Assembly: GCA_044892505.1 (NCBI GenBank)
Contig: CM097882.1
Location: forward strand, 179,180,329-179,244,000
Length of the DNA: 63,672 nucleotides
Source: Schmidtea nova
Taxonomy: Eukaryota
Direction: 5' to 3'
Shown piece after piece: positions 50,801 to 62,281 of this stretch. The notes beneath the pieces are model-generated. The model saw only the letters and a list, made by a program, of their open reading frames with translations, searched no databases and was not told the DNA's origin. The first letter of the stretch is position 1. Each line of letters starts with the position of its first letter. Position numbers and translations under genes: made by a program.

Positions 50801-52742
50801 AATAATTATTATATATGGAGATGTAAAAGTTAACTTCAAAAAAACCCCGGACAATTAACATTTCATTTCGATTCTCGAGTAATTTGAGATATTTTTTTAT
50901 GAAATTGAATCGAATCTAAATCAATTACTAGAGCCAAATCCAACTCAAATTCAAAATAAATTGAATTTAGATAGCGCTCTAAATCAGAAATTAGAAATTT
51001 CCATTCAAAACACTTTTAAAACACCTCATACTATCCACAAACCTTTTACATTTTTTACTAAAAAAATTAAAATTTACGAAACATCGTTTATATTAACAGA
51101 AGTTTTAAAAATGTCATAAAATTTATCTAAAGACCATAAAGTCAATTTCAACACAAAATTAAGGAATCTTTCAACTTTGGATAACATTTTATCGAAAAAA
51201 AACGAACACATTTATCCAATATGCCTATAAAAGTTTTCTGTGTCATTTCTTTTTCAAAACTTTATGTAATGAAGATTTTTATTTATTAATTTTATATTTA
51301 TTTTCTATTTATTACTTCTTATGTGATTTGAATTAACAGATAGATAAATAATTATATATTCGGTGAAAGAAAGTTGTTTTAATTGAAGCTTGAGAATTCT
51401 CGAGAAATCTCAAGAACTTTGAAAATAATTTTCGATTTAACGAAAATAAAAACGAAAGAAAAATCACCAATTCTGTTTGAAATTATTTAAAGTGTTTTGT
51501 AAAAGACATTTTTTCTAAAATAATGAATGTTTGATAAAGTATTTCATTTCCAGCCTTTACAAGCCTTAACTCACCAAAGACCACCTGAATATTGGTGCAC
51601 AATTGCATATTTTGAACTTAATCAGCAAGTTGGTGAATTATTTAAAGTACCAAGTCAATATTCATGTGTAACTGTTGATGGATATACAGATCCGTCAAGT
51701 CCTAATCGGTTCTGCCTCGGTCAACTGTCGAACGTTCATAGGTTTTAATTTTAAATTTACTAATACCGTTACTGTTATTTCAAACAATATAAATTCTAGG
51801 TCTGAATCATCTGAGAAGTCACGTCTTTATATAGGTAAAGGAGTTGAACTGAATAATGTCGGTGAAGGGGATGTGTGGATTAGATGTTTATCAGCTCATT
51901 CTGTGTTCGTACAAAGTTATTATCTGGATAGAGAAGCCGGCCGACAGCCAGGAGATGCTGTTCATAAAATTTATCCAGGTGCTTACATAAAAGTAATAAT
52001 ATTTTTTAATTATATAAAGTTCGAGTATTTATAATATATTTATAATATACATTTATCAAAAATAAATGCTATTATTATCATTAGCCTGGCCTCAATTTTT
52101 ATCAGTATGGGCATTTTAATATGACTGATAAATTTATTAAATTTTGTATTATTTATTATTAATATTATTTTTATTTATTTTATTATGAGTTTTTTAGGGA
52201 ATATAAATAATATTGTTAAAATAATTAAATTTTATTTACTTGATTATTTATTATTAATATTTTACGGGCATTTAAATAACATTAATAAAATTATAAATAA
52301 ATAAATAAATTTTTATTTATTTATTATTTATTTTATTATTATGAGTTTTTTGGAAAGTTAAATAAAATAATTAATTTTATTATTAATAATAAATATATTT
52401 TTAAGCATTCAAACACCATTAATAAAATAATTGATTTTTTTTATTTATTATGAATTTTATTATGAATGTTTTGAAAATTAAAATAAAATAAATAATTTTT
52501 ATTAATCTTATTATTAATAATAAATATATTTTTTGGGCATTCAAGCACCATTGATAAAATAATTTATTTATTTTTTATTTATTATGTATTTTATTATGAA
52601 TGTTTCGGAAATTAAAATAAAATTAATAAAATAAATAATTTTCATTAATCTTATTATTATTAGTAAATATATTTTTTGGGCATTTAAATAACATTAATAA
52701 AATAATAAATAAATTTTTATGAATTTTTTGGAAAGGTTAATA

Positions 52743-52776
<34 letters not shown>

Positions 52777-55700
52777 TTATGAATGTTTTGGAAATTAAAA
52801 TAAAATAAATAATTTTCATTAATCTTATTATTAATAATAAATATATTTTTTGGGCTTTTAAATACCATTGATAAAATAATTAATTTTTATTTATTATTAT
52901 CATTTTTTATTTATTTAATTATGAGTTTTTTTAGGAATATAAATAACATTGATAAAATAATTAATTGACATATATTTTTAATTACTTTATTATTTATAAT
53001 TAATATATTTACTGAGTATTTAAATACCATTTATAAAATAATTAAATTTTGTAATTTGTTTTATTTATTATTAATATTATTTTTATTTATTTTATTATGA
53101 GTTTTTTAGGGAATTTAAATAACATGGATAAAATAATTATTATTTATAACTAATATATATATTTTAAACATTTCAATACCATTAATAAAATAATTAAATG
53201 TTGTATTTTGTATTATTTATTATTAGTATTACTTTTACTTATTTTTATTTATTTTATTATAAGTTTTTTAAGAATTTAAATAACATGGATAAAATAATTA
53301 TTTTTTATTTAATTTATTATGAGTTTTTTGGAAATTTAAATAAAATTAATTTTATTATTTATAATTAATATCTTTTCTGAGCATTTAAACACCATTGATA
53401 AAATAATTAAATTTTATTTATTTATTATTATTAAATTTATTTAATTATTAGTTTTTAGGAATTTAAATAACATTGATAAAATAGTTAATTTATATTACAG
53501 GAATCCCTCGATTAAGGCGATTAATTGTTTTCCTGAAAGTGCCGCCCTAATCCAAGTTAATAATCAATATAAAATATTGTAATGCGACGCAAGACCTTAA
53601 AAATGCCGATCAACTTTTCAAAAAATACCTTTTTATGCCAATATAATAACCAGTAAATAGTATAAAAGAAAAAGATAATTATAAATCGCTGCACAACCAT
53701 CAAATGTTTATTAAAAATAAACATATATACTATAAATGTATAGTTTTCCTACAATTCAAAAGTTTAAAAAATTAAGAAACGAAATAATATAATTTCTTTG
53801 AAATATGTATACGAACAGTAAGGCGTTAAAAAGTTTATTTAAGTATTAAAATGAACAAATTAGAAAATATTTTATTTGTTTGAAAGATATTTTAGAAGAT
53901 TTGTTTGCACAGATTATTCTTTCTTTTTTTTCTTCAAGAATTAGTTCGTATGGAAGAACACCTTTTTTAATGATTCGGCAAATTTGCATGCCACGCTCGA
54001 AATCTGGATCAGCATCTATGATTTTTTGCTTTATATCTTCAACAACATTAAATATTTCTTCAATTTCATTTTTTAAGAACTTTCAGCCTCTTCATATGCT
54101 CGTTGTTCATCAATATTAACAAGGTCAGAATCACTTAATTGCTCTATATTTGATTCCAACAATTATCGAACATCTGTGTTGTCCATTTCATTTTCATCAA
54201 AGCCTAGTTGGCGTCAAATATTTGTTGCATCGGCCACAACAGTGTTGACATGGGTGAAACCACTGAAGTCATTTGCACAATGTGGCAAAATATGCCTACA
54301 AACTGCTCGCATGTTGCTTGCTGTAACTTCACACCATGACTCATGGACATTATATATGGTTTGTTTAATGTGATAACTTTTCCAAAAGTCAACTAAGGAA
54401 ATTGAATTCTTTCCAGTTGTTACTTTAATGGCTTGTCCAAAAGTTCTTAAACGTTGCAATTGTACATTGGCTGTAGAAGACTGGATGTGTTAGGAGGTAA
54501 AAAATCACTTTTACATTTTCATTTAAATCGGAAATTGATGGAGGGTGGCCTGGGGCATTGTCCAAAATTAATAATATTTTAAATGCCAGATTATTTTCTT
54601 CGTAGTAAAATTTTACTGTTGGACAAAAATATCTAGTAAACCATTCTTCAAATATGACCTTGGTCACCTCAGCTTTCTTATTAAAACGCCAAATTACAGG
54701 AAAGCATTCTGTATTGAAGCCTTTACTTAAACAGAGAGGTATATAACCAAAGGCTTTAATTTCAAGTCATCCTCTGCATTCCCACCTAATAAAATTGGTA
54801 TAAGACAGCCTGGTTGACTCTTTTCTTTTTTAGCCAAGAATGTTGTTTTCGACATTCGCTTCGAAAAAAGTCCAGTTTTGTCAACATTAAATATTTGTTG
54901 ATCAGTATAGCCTCCATCAGAAAGAATTTTCTTTAAAATATCATGATATGCCTTGGCCGCTTCATTATATGCACTAGCTGCTTCTCCAGTCAATGCAGTG
55001 TAATGCAATGCATATCTATTTTTAAAACGTTCAAACCAGCCATTGCTGGCTAGAAACGTTTATTTGTCACTAGAATTTGGTTGAATGTTTTTTTCTTCGT
55101 CTACTACTACTTGTTGTACATCTTCACTATCGTTTTCAGTTTTCGAATTTTCTTTAACTAACGCAGAATGACTCATTGATTTAGTTTTAAAAATCATTGT
55201 GCAGAGTGGTGTTCTTTTCTGATTGCAATTTTCTATCCAAATGGACAGAAAACGTTCCATTTCTATAATTATAGGACTTCTATTTCTTGTTAGTTGGCAT
55301 TGAGCTTAACGATTGTGCAAGCTTCCCTTTTTCTTATATTTCACTGGCTTCATTAATTGTTTTACGAATTGTTGACTCATTCACTCCATAATGGCGATCT
55401 ATTTTACTTTTAGAATCACCTTGCCCAAATCTATTTATTATGTCAATTTTTTTATTCTAAAGAAATAACTTTTCTTTTCTTTTTAACACAAGCACTGTCA
55501 GATTCACTTTTTCTTAGATCCATGGTTAATTTGGTTAATTTGTAGTACAACAATTGCTTGGTAAAATAGTATAAAAATTCATTTTTCGAGGTATTTTAAC
55601 AATATCCATGACGGTTCTTCATATCCATGCCACATGACATAGTATTGTTTATCTTTACCGACTATTTTAGTTTTCAATAATATTTGAATTCTAAATATTG

Positions 55701-58700
55701 TAGGAGTGGGAATAACTTGTAATTCTTGTTCATAGAATTTCCCACTGACTATATTGTTATCAGAGTCAGAAATAGTATACATGACAGGATTCTGGACTGT
55801 GTTGACTTTCTAATGCCTAGGCCTAGTTATCGAACTTAGGCTTGCGTATATAGTATTTAGGCTACGTTTACTTTAACTAGAGCTTTCAGATTCGATTAAT
55901 AAGAAACTTAGTTCTATTTCGAGTGAGAATTCATAAATTTCAAATATAGTTAACTTTTTAAAAAAAACCACACTAATTTAAATTTTTGATCAGCCCTAAT
56001 TGGAAGTTGATAACTAATAAAAACCTTAGTAAATGGAATTCCGCCCTAATCGAGGAATTCCTATAATTTTTAATTACTTTTATATTAATAATTAATATAT
56101 TTTTGGGAATTTAAATACCAGTTTAAATTTTAAAAACATTTAAATTTTATTTATTACTTATTTTATTATGAGTTTTTTTTGATTAGGCCATCCGCTGAAT
56201 GATGACAAGGGCTTGAAAATATAATTTTAATGTTGTGCTCCTTCATTAAAATATCCATAGTTTTGCTATAAAATGCTTTACCCCTGTCACAATGCAGAAA
56301 TCTCGGTGCTCCATATTTTAAAATCCAATTGTTTCTTAAAATTGTTGTAACGGTTTTTCGGTCTTGTGATTTTACTGTGTGTAGTGTAACATATTTACTA
56401 AAACTATCGATAATTCCTACGATATATCTCATTCCATACTCACTTTGTTTTAGCGAACCACAAAAATCTATAAATATTGTTTCAAAGAAACCTGATTCTG
56501 ACATTTTACAAATTTTCTCCTAACTCCGTGTAGTTGCAACTTTCCATTTTTGACAATTTTCACAACTTTGAACAACGTCTTGGATCAATCGTTTCATGTC
56601 TCATTACAAAATTATTTGACACATTTCTCAACTTTCATTGGTCCAGCATGACACAGTCTCTTATGATACTTTTTAATGAATTCAATTCTTTTATCATCCG
56701 GAATCCACATTTTATTGTTTTCTGTAATTACTCCACTCTTTATTATGAATTTGTTGTCCTCCTTTTGTTTTATGTTGTTTATGATTTCTGGAATTTCTTT
56801 TAAATTCCTTTGCTATTCTTGTTTCTGTCATGATTGTCAAAAGCTTCGTTTTGAGTTTTTCTGTCTTTGGATTAACATGGATGGTTTGGCAGTGAACGCA
56901 CGTCATATATTGGTCTCTTGACAGTTGCTTTGCGATGTTCTTCTCCTTTCCTAAATTGAAATTCTATTTCCAAACTACTTAAATAATTGATCCATGACTG
57001 GAATTGTGGAGTGATAGCTTTCTTTGTCTTCAGCATATAGGTTATGGCTTTGTGGTCCGTGCTTAGTATAAATCTTTTCCCATAAAGATAATGTTTAAAA
57101 TGGTTTTTAAAGCAATAGATTGCTAAAAATTCTTTTCTGGTAATGTAATAACCCACGTCATGTTTCAAAATGGCACGCGATCTATAAGCAATAACAGCTA
57201 ATACAATCGATGCTAACATCCCTATCGAATATGAAGGTTTTTGAAAAATCAGGAAACTTTAATATTGATGCATTAATTAACATATCTTTAAGTTTCCTAA
57301 ATGCACTTTAAATTTTTCTGTCCAAATCAACACTGCTTTTCTAGATAAATTTTCTATAGCAATTAGTTAACCCTAAAACTCCTCAAATTTTCGAATTCTT
57401 TTACTGCTTCAATTTTTTCTTCCTCTGTCTTTACTCCATCTTTGCTAATTATGTCCCATGAACTTTACTTCATCTTTCAAAAATTGACATTTTGACGAAC
57501 TAATTTTTAGTTCCGCTTGTTCTATTTTATTGAAAACGTTTTCAATATTTTCGTAGTATTCTTTTCATTATTTTGAAAATATAAGAAAACCATACAAAAC
57601 ACTATCGAAATTTGCTAATTAGTTCACCTAATCTTTGTTCATTAATTTTTGAAAAGTTGCGGGAGCTGCTACTATTCCAAATGGTATCTGATTAAAGCAA
57701 TATCTGTTTTTGGTAGAAAATGCTGTCTTCAGTCTTGATTCTTCCTCAAGCTCCATTCTCTAAATCAATTGTGCTGAAATATTTTGCACCTCCCAACGGA
57801 TCTAATAATTCATTTGCATTCGGGATTGGAAATATTTGTCGTTCTGTGATATTGTTTAGTGCTTTAAAATAGAGACAAATTCCTACATCGTTTTTATCTT
57901 TTTAACACACATTAAAGGTGTGTTTATGACGACTTACATTATGTTATAATTCCGATTTTTTATATCTAATATATATCTTTCTAATTAGATGGTCTGGCGT
58001 CGTCTTAGATTTATCACAATAAGTCTTCCTGATGTTAAAATTTCATGCATCATTAAATTTGTCTTACCCACATCCTATTTATGTTTCTTAAAAATTGACT
58101 CAAATTTTCTGCATAATTCTCTAACATTGATTAGATTTGCTCACTTCTTTTACGTTTTTCATTCCAACAATATTTACATCGTCCTTTAATAAACTGCTCC
58201 TAATCTTTAACAAATCGAATTTTCTTAAAAGTCTTTTTCTCCAATTACTTTTGGTGAAATCTCTTTGGCCAAAATAAATTTAATTATTCTCGTCTTTTTT
58301 GTTCCCACTATTTGAACTACAATATTTACTTTTCCAACTATAGATGCTGTTGACATATTTGCATATCTCAAAGAAACATAGCATTTCTCCAAACTAAACT
58401 TTTCTGTCTTTTCTAATATACTTTCATTAATCACACTGTCATTTGTTACTATGTCTAATAAACAACACACTTCGGTCTCATTGATCAATTTTGTGGTCTA
58501 CCATTTAATTTATTATATTTAATTATATTATTATTATTATTATTATTATTAATATTATTATTATTATTATTATTAATATTATTATTATTATTATTATTAT
58601 CATCATCATCATCATTAATTCTCATAATGCTGACTATAGATCAAAATTTTTTTTATAAACAATAACAATATTTCGGCACAGCCTTTATCAAGAAATACAC

Positions 58701-60888
58701 ACTTGATAAAGGCTGTGCCGAAATATTGTGTAATTGTTTATAAAAAAAAATTTTGATCTATAGTCATCATTATGAGAATTATTGATAATAATAATAAAAA
58801 AGATCAAAGGTGAAAAAAGATAATTATGATATTATTATTATTATTATTTACATTAATATTACAAACATACTCGACATCTCCAAAATCATCTAATCTCAAT
58901 CCATTATTACACCATTCACTATAAATATTTGCATCGGAAACGCATTTACAATTATCATTATTAATTACATGATCATTTCTCATCATTTATTACTGTTAAG
59001 TAAATTGTTACTAGTTGTACTATAATTAGTGGATGATTTGCTTTTTTATAGGTGATTATGATTTAGAGAGAATATTTTTATGTTTTATTATGATATGAAA
59101 TATGTAAAGGAAGTAATGTAGAGCCCAGCAGAGCCTCTTGTAAAACTTGTACCCGGGACTGCTGGGGTGAATGCTGTGTTGGTTCAGTAATTGGGGGGGC
59201 TTGAGTGCTGGTATGTATTATTAAACAAATTTCGATGAAAAGTAAGAATTAACACTTCTCACAGTGAACGGGGTTTTATAATCTTCTTTGGTTCGAGAAA
59301 TTCTAGTGTTCAAGGATTAGCTTCAGTTACTTTCTTTCTATTTCTTTTGATTTTCTGGGCAAGTTCTTCAATTTCGGAATTGAAATTTTTATCTAATTTC
59401 CTATTCGTATACTTTTAAAATTTGGTTATTGTTCTTTGTTCTCTTTATTATTCTTGTGTTTTCGCAATATTCCGTGATTCTCTAGTTTTCGTCTTGTCTC
59501 GGGTAATTCTTTTAATATTTTCCTAGGCGATTAGGTATTTAATTTGCAATTCTTTCTTAACGCTTTCTTAAATTTTCTATCGTTATTTTTACTGTCAATA
59601 TTTTCTAAATTGTCATGGACAATTGATTTATTCCGTATTTTTAAATTTAATTTTTTAATTCTTTAAATTGTTATTAATTGCCCATTATTCAAAATGATAA
59701 AAATAATAAAAGAAAGGGGGGTTGTTATGTGTCCGACCGGACGTCCACAATGAATTGCAAAACTTAAACAGATTACAAATTTGCTTATCTCTTCAAGCAC
59801 GACATCGAAATTCATCTTTTCTTAATAATATTATTACGTGCGATGACAAATGGATTTAATATTATAACCGTAAGCGGTCAGGAGAATGATTGGATAAACA
59901 TTAATGCCCAAATCAGTTTCCAAAACCGGAACTTCATTAAAAGAAAGATGCTCTCAGTCTGGTGGGTAAATGGGTAAAACAATCAGTTCTGAACGATACT
60001 GTGTAGAACTGGAAAAAATACATGAAAAACTCACCATTAGTCACCCTGCAATTGTTAATAGAAAAGGTCCAATTATCCTGCATGATAATGCCAGGGCTCA
60101 CATATTGAAAGTCACTCTAAAGAAATTTCACGACTTAGGATTTGATGTTTTACCGCATCTACTTTACTCACCCGATATATCACCAGAGGATTTCAACTTA
60201 TTTAGACATTTAAGTGTTTATATCAAGGGCAGGAAGATCAAAGATTTGGAGGATATAAAATCGACAGTTATCACTTTCTTGGACTTCAGACATGAGACTT
60301 TTTAAAGAAGGTATATAAAAGCTCTCGCAACGATGGCAAGATTGTATTAATGTTGATGGATAATATTTTGATTAAATGATAAATGTTTAAATAAATTTGT
60401 ACGCCTTTTGAATTATAATCAATTTAGCGGACATTTAATTCCGGGCAACATAATAATTAATTTTTTCAGTCATGACTTAATGTTATTAAATTTTAATACA
60501 ATTAAATTTCTCGAAAATCATAAAATTATGATAATCAGTTTTATTTCTAGTGATTAATTAAAATACTTTTCAATTCTTATAATTGACATTAATTATAGGT
60601 TTTTGATATAAGACAGTGCCACCAACAAATGAAAAAAGCAAGTACAGAAGCTCAGTTAGCATGGGTTCGTCAGGCTGCAGTAGTAGCTGGTAGTAGTAAC
60701 TCTATCACGTCTACAGTCGGTAATCAAGGATCTAACTCTTTAAATAATCTCAGTGCAGCTGGAATTGGAGTAGACGATCTGAGTCCGTTTTGTGTTTTGA
60801 GGTTAAGCTTTGTAAAAGGTTGGGGGCCGGATTATCCTCGTCATAATATTAAAGAAACTCCTTGCTGGATCGAAATTAAACTCAACAG
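33089..60888 (+). CDS. smad4: Smad4 (co-Smad) gene span: 7 coding exons, 1688 nt (562 codons plus 2 nt); last exon not found in the window
   Basis: MH1, NES-like motif, linker and MH2 join in frame with GT-AG introns of matching phase. Diagnostic L3 loop KGWGPDYPR. Confidence 0.95.
34120..34750 (-). mobile_element. Tigger-like remnant (terminus plus HTH start)
   Basis: Terminus CAGTAAGTCCTCGACTTACGGC on minus at 34750; [22 protein letters not shown] resembles a pipsqueak-type HTH. Confidence 0.6.
35800..36180 (+). pseudogene. pogo transposase N-terminal fragment (BrkDBD/CENP-B HTH-like)
   Basis: [11 protein letters not shown]...[20 protein letters not shown]...[24 protein letters not shown] pogo-type terminus (rc CCGTATTGACCCGAATATAAGAC) lies at 35028-35050. 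Confidence 0.65.
36553..36830 (-). pseudogene. MULE transposase C-terminal fragment
   Basis: [31 protein letters not shown] resembles the MULE C-terminal ...Y..L..IA motif (recollection). Confidence 0.45.
39066..39282 (+). CDS. smad4: Smad4 exon 2 (MH1 C-half plus NES-like motif)
   Basis: [26 protein letters not shown]...[23 protein letters not shown]; atcag acceptor, phase-1 donor. Confidence 0.95.
39330..39413 (+). CDS. smad4: Smad4 exon 3 (linker), after a 47-nt intron
   Basis: Phase 1/1, stop-free: [28 protein letters not shown]; flanked by tgtag and gtattt. Confidence 0.8.
41231..41694 (+). CDS. smad4: Smad4 exon 4 (Ser/Gln-rich linker)
   Basis: Phase-1 acceptor ttaaag keeps the 41245 ORF in frame; donor gtgagt at 41695, phase 0. 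Confidence 0.88.
42027..42700 (+). mobile_element. Decayed mariner element
   Basis: TIR-like tacttggtaaggctcaaaagtccc; [16 protein letters not shown]...LGIRKLCSR and [22 protein letters not shown]. Confidence 0.75.
42778..43259. mobile_element. Tc1/mariner-type MITE (482 bp)
   Basis: TA on both sides; 21-bp TIRs cacataattctgtttttacac vs rc cacttaattctgtttttacac. Confidence 0.75.
43910..43951 (+). repeat. Three copies of a 14-bp GGACAAAATGGTAC unit
   Basis: Read directly from the sequence; possibly subterminal repeats of a DNA transposon. Confidence 0.85.
44145..44183 (-). ncRNA. Minimal hammerhead-like ribozyme motif (CUGAUGA core)
   Basis: AGA-CUGAUGA-U-GAGGAC(UGU)GUCCUU-GAAA-UAUAU-U-UCU. 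Confidence 0.7.
46252..46290 (+). ncRNA. Hammerhead-like motif in the inverted arm of Penelope 2
   Basis: AGA-CUGAUGA-U-GAGGAC(UAU)GUCCUU-GAAA-UAUAU-U-UCA. Confidence 0.65.
46314..46386. repeat. (AAT)n microsatellite; further tracts at 47740-47803, 44060-44095 and 58520-58600
   Basis: Read directly from the sequence. Confidence 0.95.
46785..47375 (-). pseudogene. Orphan ORF of about 190 codons with at least one internal stop
   Basis: [48 protein letters not shown] then, in the same frame past stops, [11 protein letters not shown]...LGGVILGKN...FLMNPQID*. Confidence 0.4.
47805..48010. mobile_element. Palindromic Penelope-derived mini-element (copy 2, tail on the left), cut by an N-gap
   Basis: Arms meet at caagtgtgt-atttc-acacacttg. 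The hammerhead-like motif at 47946-47978 (+) is intact; the copy at 47904-47936 (-) has a stem II mismatch. Confidence 0.85.
51554..51741 (+). CDS. smad4: Smad4 exon 5 (MH2 start)
   Basis: [34 protein letters not shown]...[22 protein letters not shown](R); acceptor catttccag. Confidence 0.95.
51800..51992 (+). CDS. smad4: Smad4 exon 6 (MH2), after a 58-nt intron
   Basis: [17 protein letters not shown]...[42 protein letters not shown]; phases 2/0. Confidence 0.95.
52110..53497. repeat. Degenerate AT-rich tandem array (~150-bp units), resuming at 56066-56175 after the Tigger insertion
   Basis: Recurring ttattatgagttttt(a)ggaa and ta(a/c)cattgataaaataatt motifs. Confidence 0.75.
53498..56063 (-). 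mobile_element. Tigger DNA transposon (2566 bp) with a frameshifted transposase
   Basis: TA TSDs; TIRs caggaatccctcgattaaggcg vs rc taggaattcctcgattagggcg. Fragments [50 protein letters not shown]. Confidence 0.92.
55579..55800 (-). pseudogene. Polinton-type integrase C-terminus with chromodomain, inside the Tigger element
   Basis: [23 protein letters not shown]...[31 protein letters not shown]. Confidence 0.7.
56166..58490 (-). mobile_element. Decayed Gypsy pol (protease, RT, RNase H, integrase)
   Basis: [14 protein letters not shown] (protease), [24 protein letters not shown] (RT), [29 protein letters not shown] (RNase H), IFIDFCG...DSFSKY...LHCDRGKAF (integrase). Confidence 0.93.
58616..58830. 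mobile_element. Palindromic Penelope-derived mini-element (copy 3)
   Basis: Arms meet at tcaag-aaatacaca-cttga; hammerhead-like motif at 58699-58731 (+); inserted in (ATT)n/(ATC)n. Confidence 0.85.
59730..60455 (+). mobile_element. Decayed mariner element (DD34D type) with a 3' TIR
   Basis: [48 protein letters not shown]; terminus cggacatttaattccgggcaacataata. Confidence 0.9.
60599..60888 (+). CDS. smad4: Smad4 exon 7 (MH2 helical bundle and L3 loop)
   Basis: [11 protein letters not shown]...QAAVVAG...[44 protein letters not shown](R); donor gtaaag, phase 2. Confidence 0.96.
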
Positions 60889-60994
60889 GTAAAGCATTTA
60901 ATTATAAAAGAAATTTATAATTCCCCAGTTTTTTTGCTACTTAAAATAAATAAAAAATTACGACATACTATGTAATGTTTTCAAAAAATTACTT

Positions 60995-61112
60995 TCATAA
61001 TTATCTTTTTGTTTCACCTTTGATCTCTTTATTTTTCCATCAGTACTTTCCATTATAATATGATTATAGATTAAACACTGATCTATAATCATGTTATTAT
61101 GGAAATTATTGA
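60995..61112. mobile_element. Degenerate, internally deleted copy of the palindromic family (ribozyme part lost)
   Basis: tcataattatctttt..tttcacctttgatc tail plus attatagat...atctataat...ggaaattattga. Confidence 0.55.
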
Positions 61113-61274
61113 TAGTTAATACTTTATCCTGAAATTCATTATAAATTCCAAGGCGGTAATCCAGCTGGTATTAAAATAATAAAATTTTACACCTCTTCCT
61201 GCAGTGTTCTTTCACCTTTTCAGAAATATGAGCTCGGCATGATACCCAAACAATACATCTACCATTACTTACAT

Positions 61275-62140
61275 CAGTGGTTATCAACCTTTTTGGCTTG
61301 CGTACCCATTGGTAGTTCATTATCCTAATTTGTACCCATTAAATTAGAAAAATGTTTACAATTTAAATCAGTGTTGTCTAAGATGTGTGCTGCGAAAAAA
61401 ATCTGCAAACATTTAAAATTACTAAGGTTTAGTATCTTCGAGTTGTATATAAAAATAAATCTATAACTTGGTTTTCTTTCTTCGCAATGGTAGTTAGAAA
61501 TGATATTCAAATCTAACTTAAGTGTGCATTGTATTGAATCAATACCATATCAGTTATATTCAAATTTGTAATCAATAATCAATTTTTAATCAATACTATT
61601 GGTTGTTTAAGTTTATCGAACTCATGATTCAATTTTTCTCTCTTCACTTTCTATAATTTCGCTATTTGTGATTAAAGTATAAATTTTTTCCAGCTATTGC
61701 TAATTTAAATATCAAAAAATTTATAGGATCTCCCCAAAACCCGATTTTTTTCGATGTCATCGAAAAAATTTGAAAAAGATTTATCCATATCGGTTATATT
61801 CAAATTTTTAAAAACTAGGAAAAATGTAACTACTAAAAATCTTAACGAGCTGAAACTTTTAGTATGTCCACAAAACCCGATTCGGTAATTGAAGTCATCG
61901 AAAAAATTTGAAAAAGATTTATCCATATCGGTTATATTCACATTTTCAAAAACACAATAAATTCTTGGGAAAAAAAGCAGAAAGATTTAAACCAGCATCA
62001 AAATGAAGACAAAACTGAAAAAACGTAACCTCAAAACAAAAATACCATGAAGATATCTTGATTTTAAGTTCTTTCGAAAGCGCCGCGGGATTTTGAGTTT
62101 ATTTAGTGTGCCGTGCGCGATTTTTAGTTGGAAACCACTG
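61275..62140. mobile_element. Non-autonomous hAT (Charlie-like) element containing an internal direct duplication of ~70 bp
   Basis: TIRs cagtggttatcaacc / rc cagtggtttccaact; flanks acttacat / attttaat (5 of 8). Duplicated unit catcgaaaaaatttgaaaaagatttatccatatcggttatattca. Confidence 0.65.
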
Positions 62141-62281
62141 ATTTTAATGCTCGCAGTTGTTATTATTTTAAACTTGTTCCGACACTAAATAAATAGCAAT
62201 AGCGTGTCAAGGAGTTTATTGCCCAGAATGTTTATTGATGAAATAACTTTTTAATAAAAAACAACGTAATAAATATAAACT

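Noticed and set aside
51675-52034. ORF-track 119-aa protein as an independent gene
   Set aside because: It is intron 5 read-through plus Smad4 exon 6.
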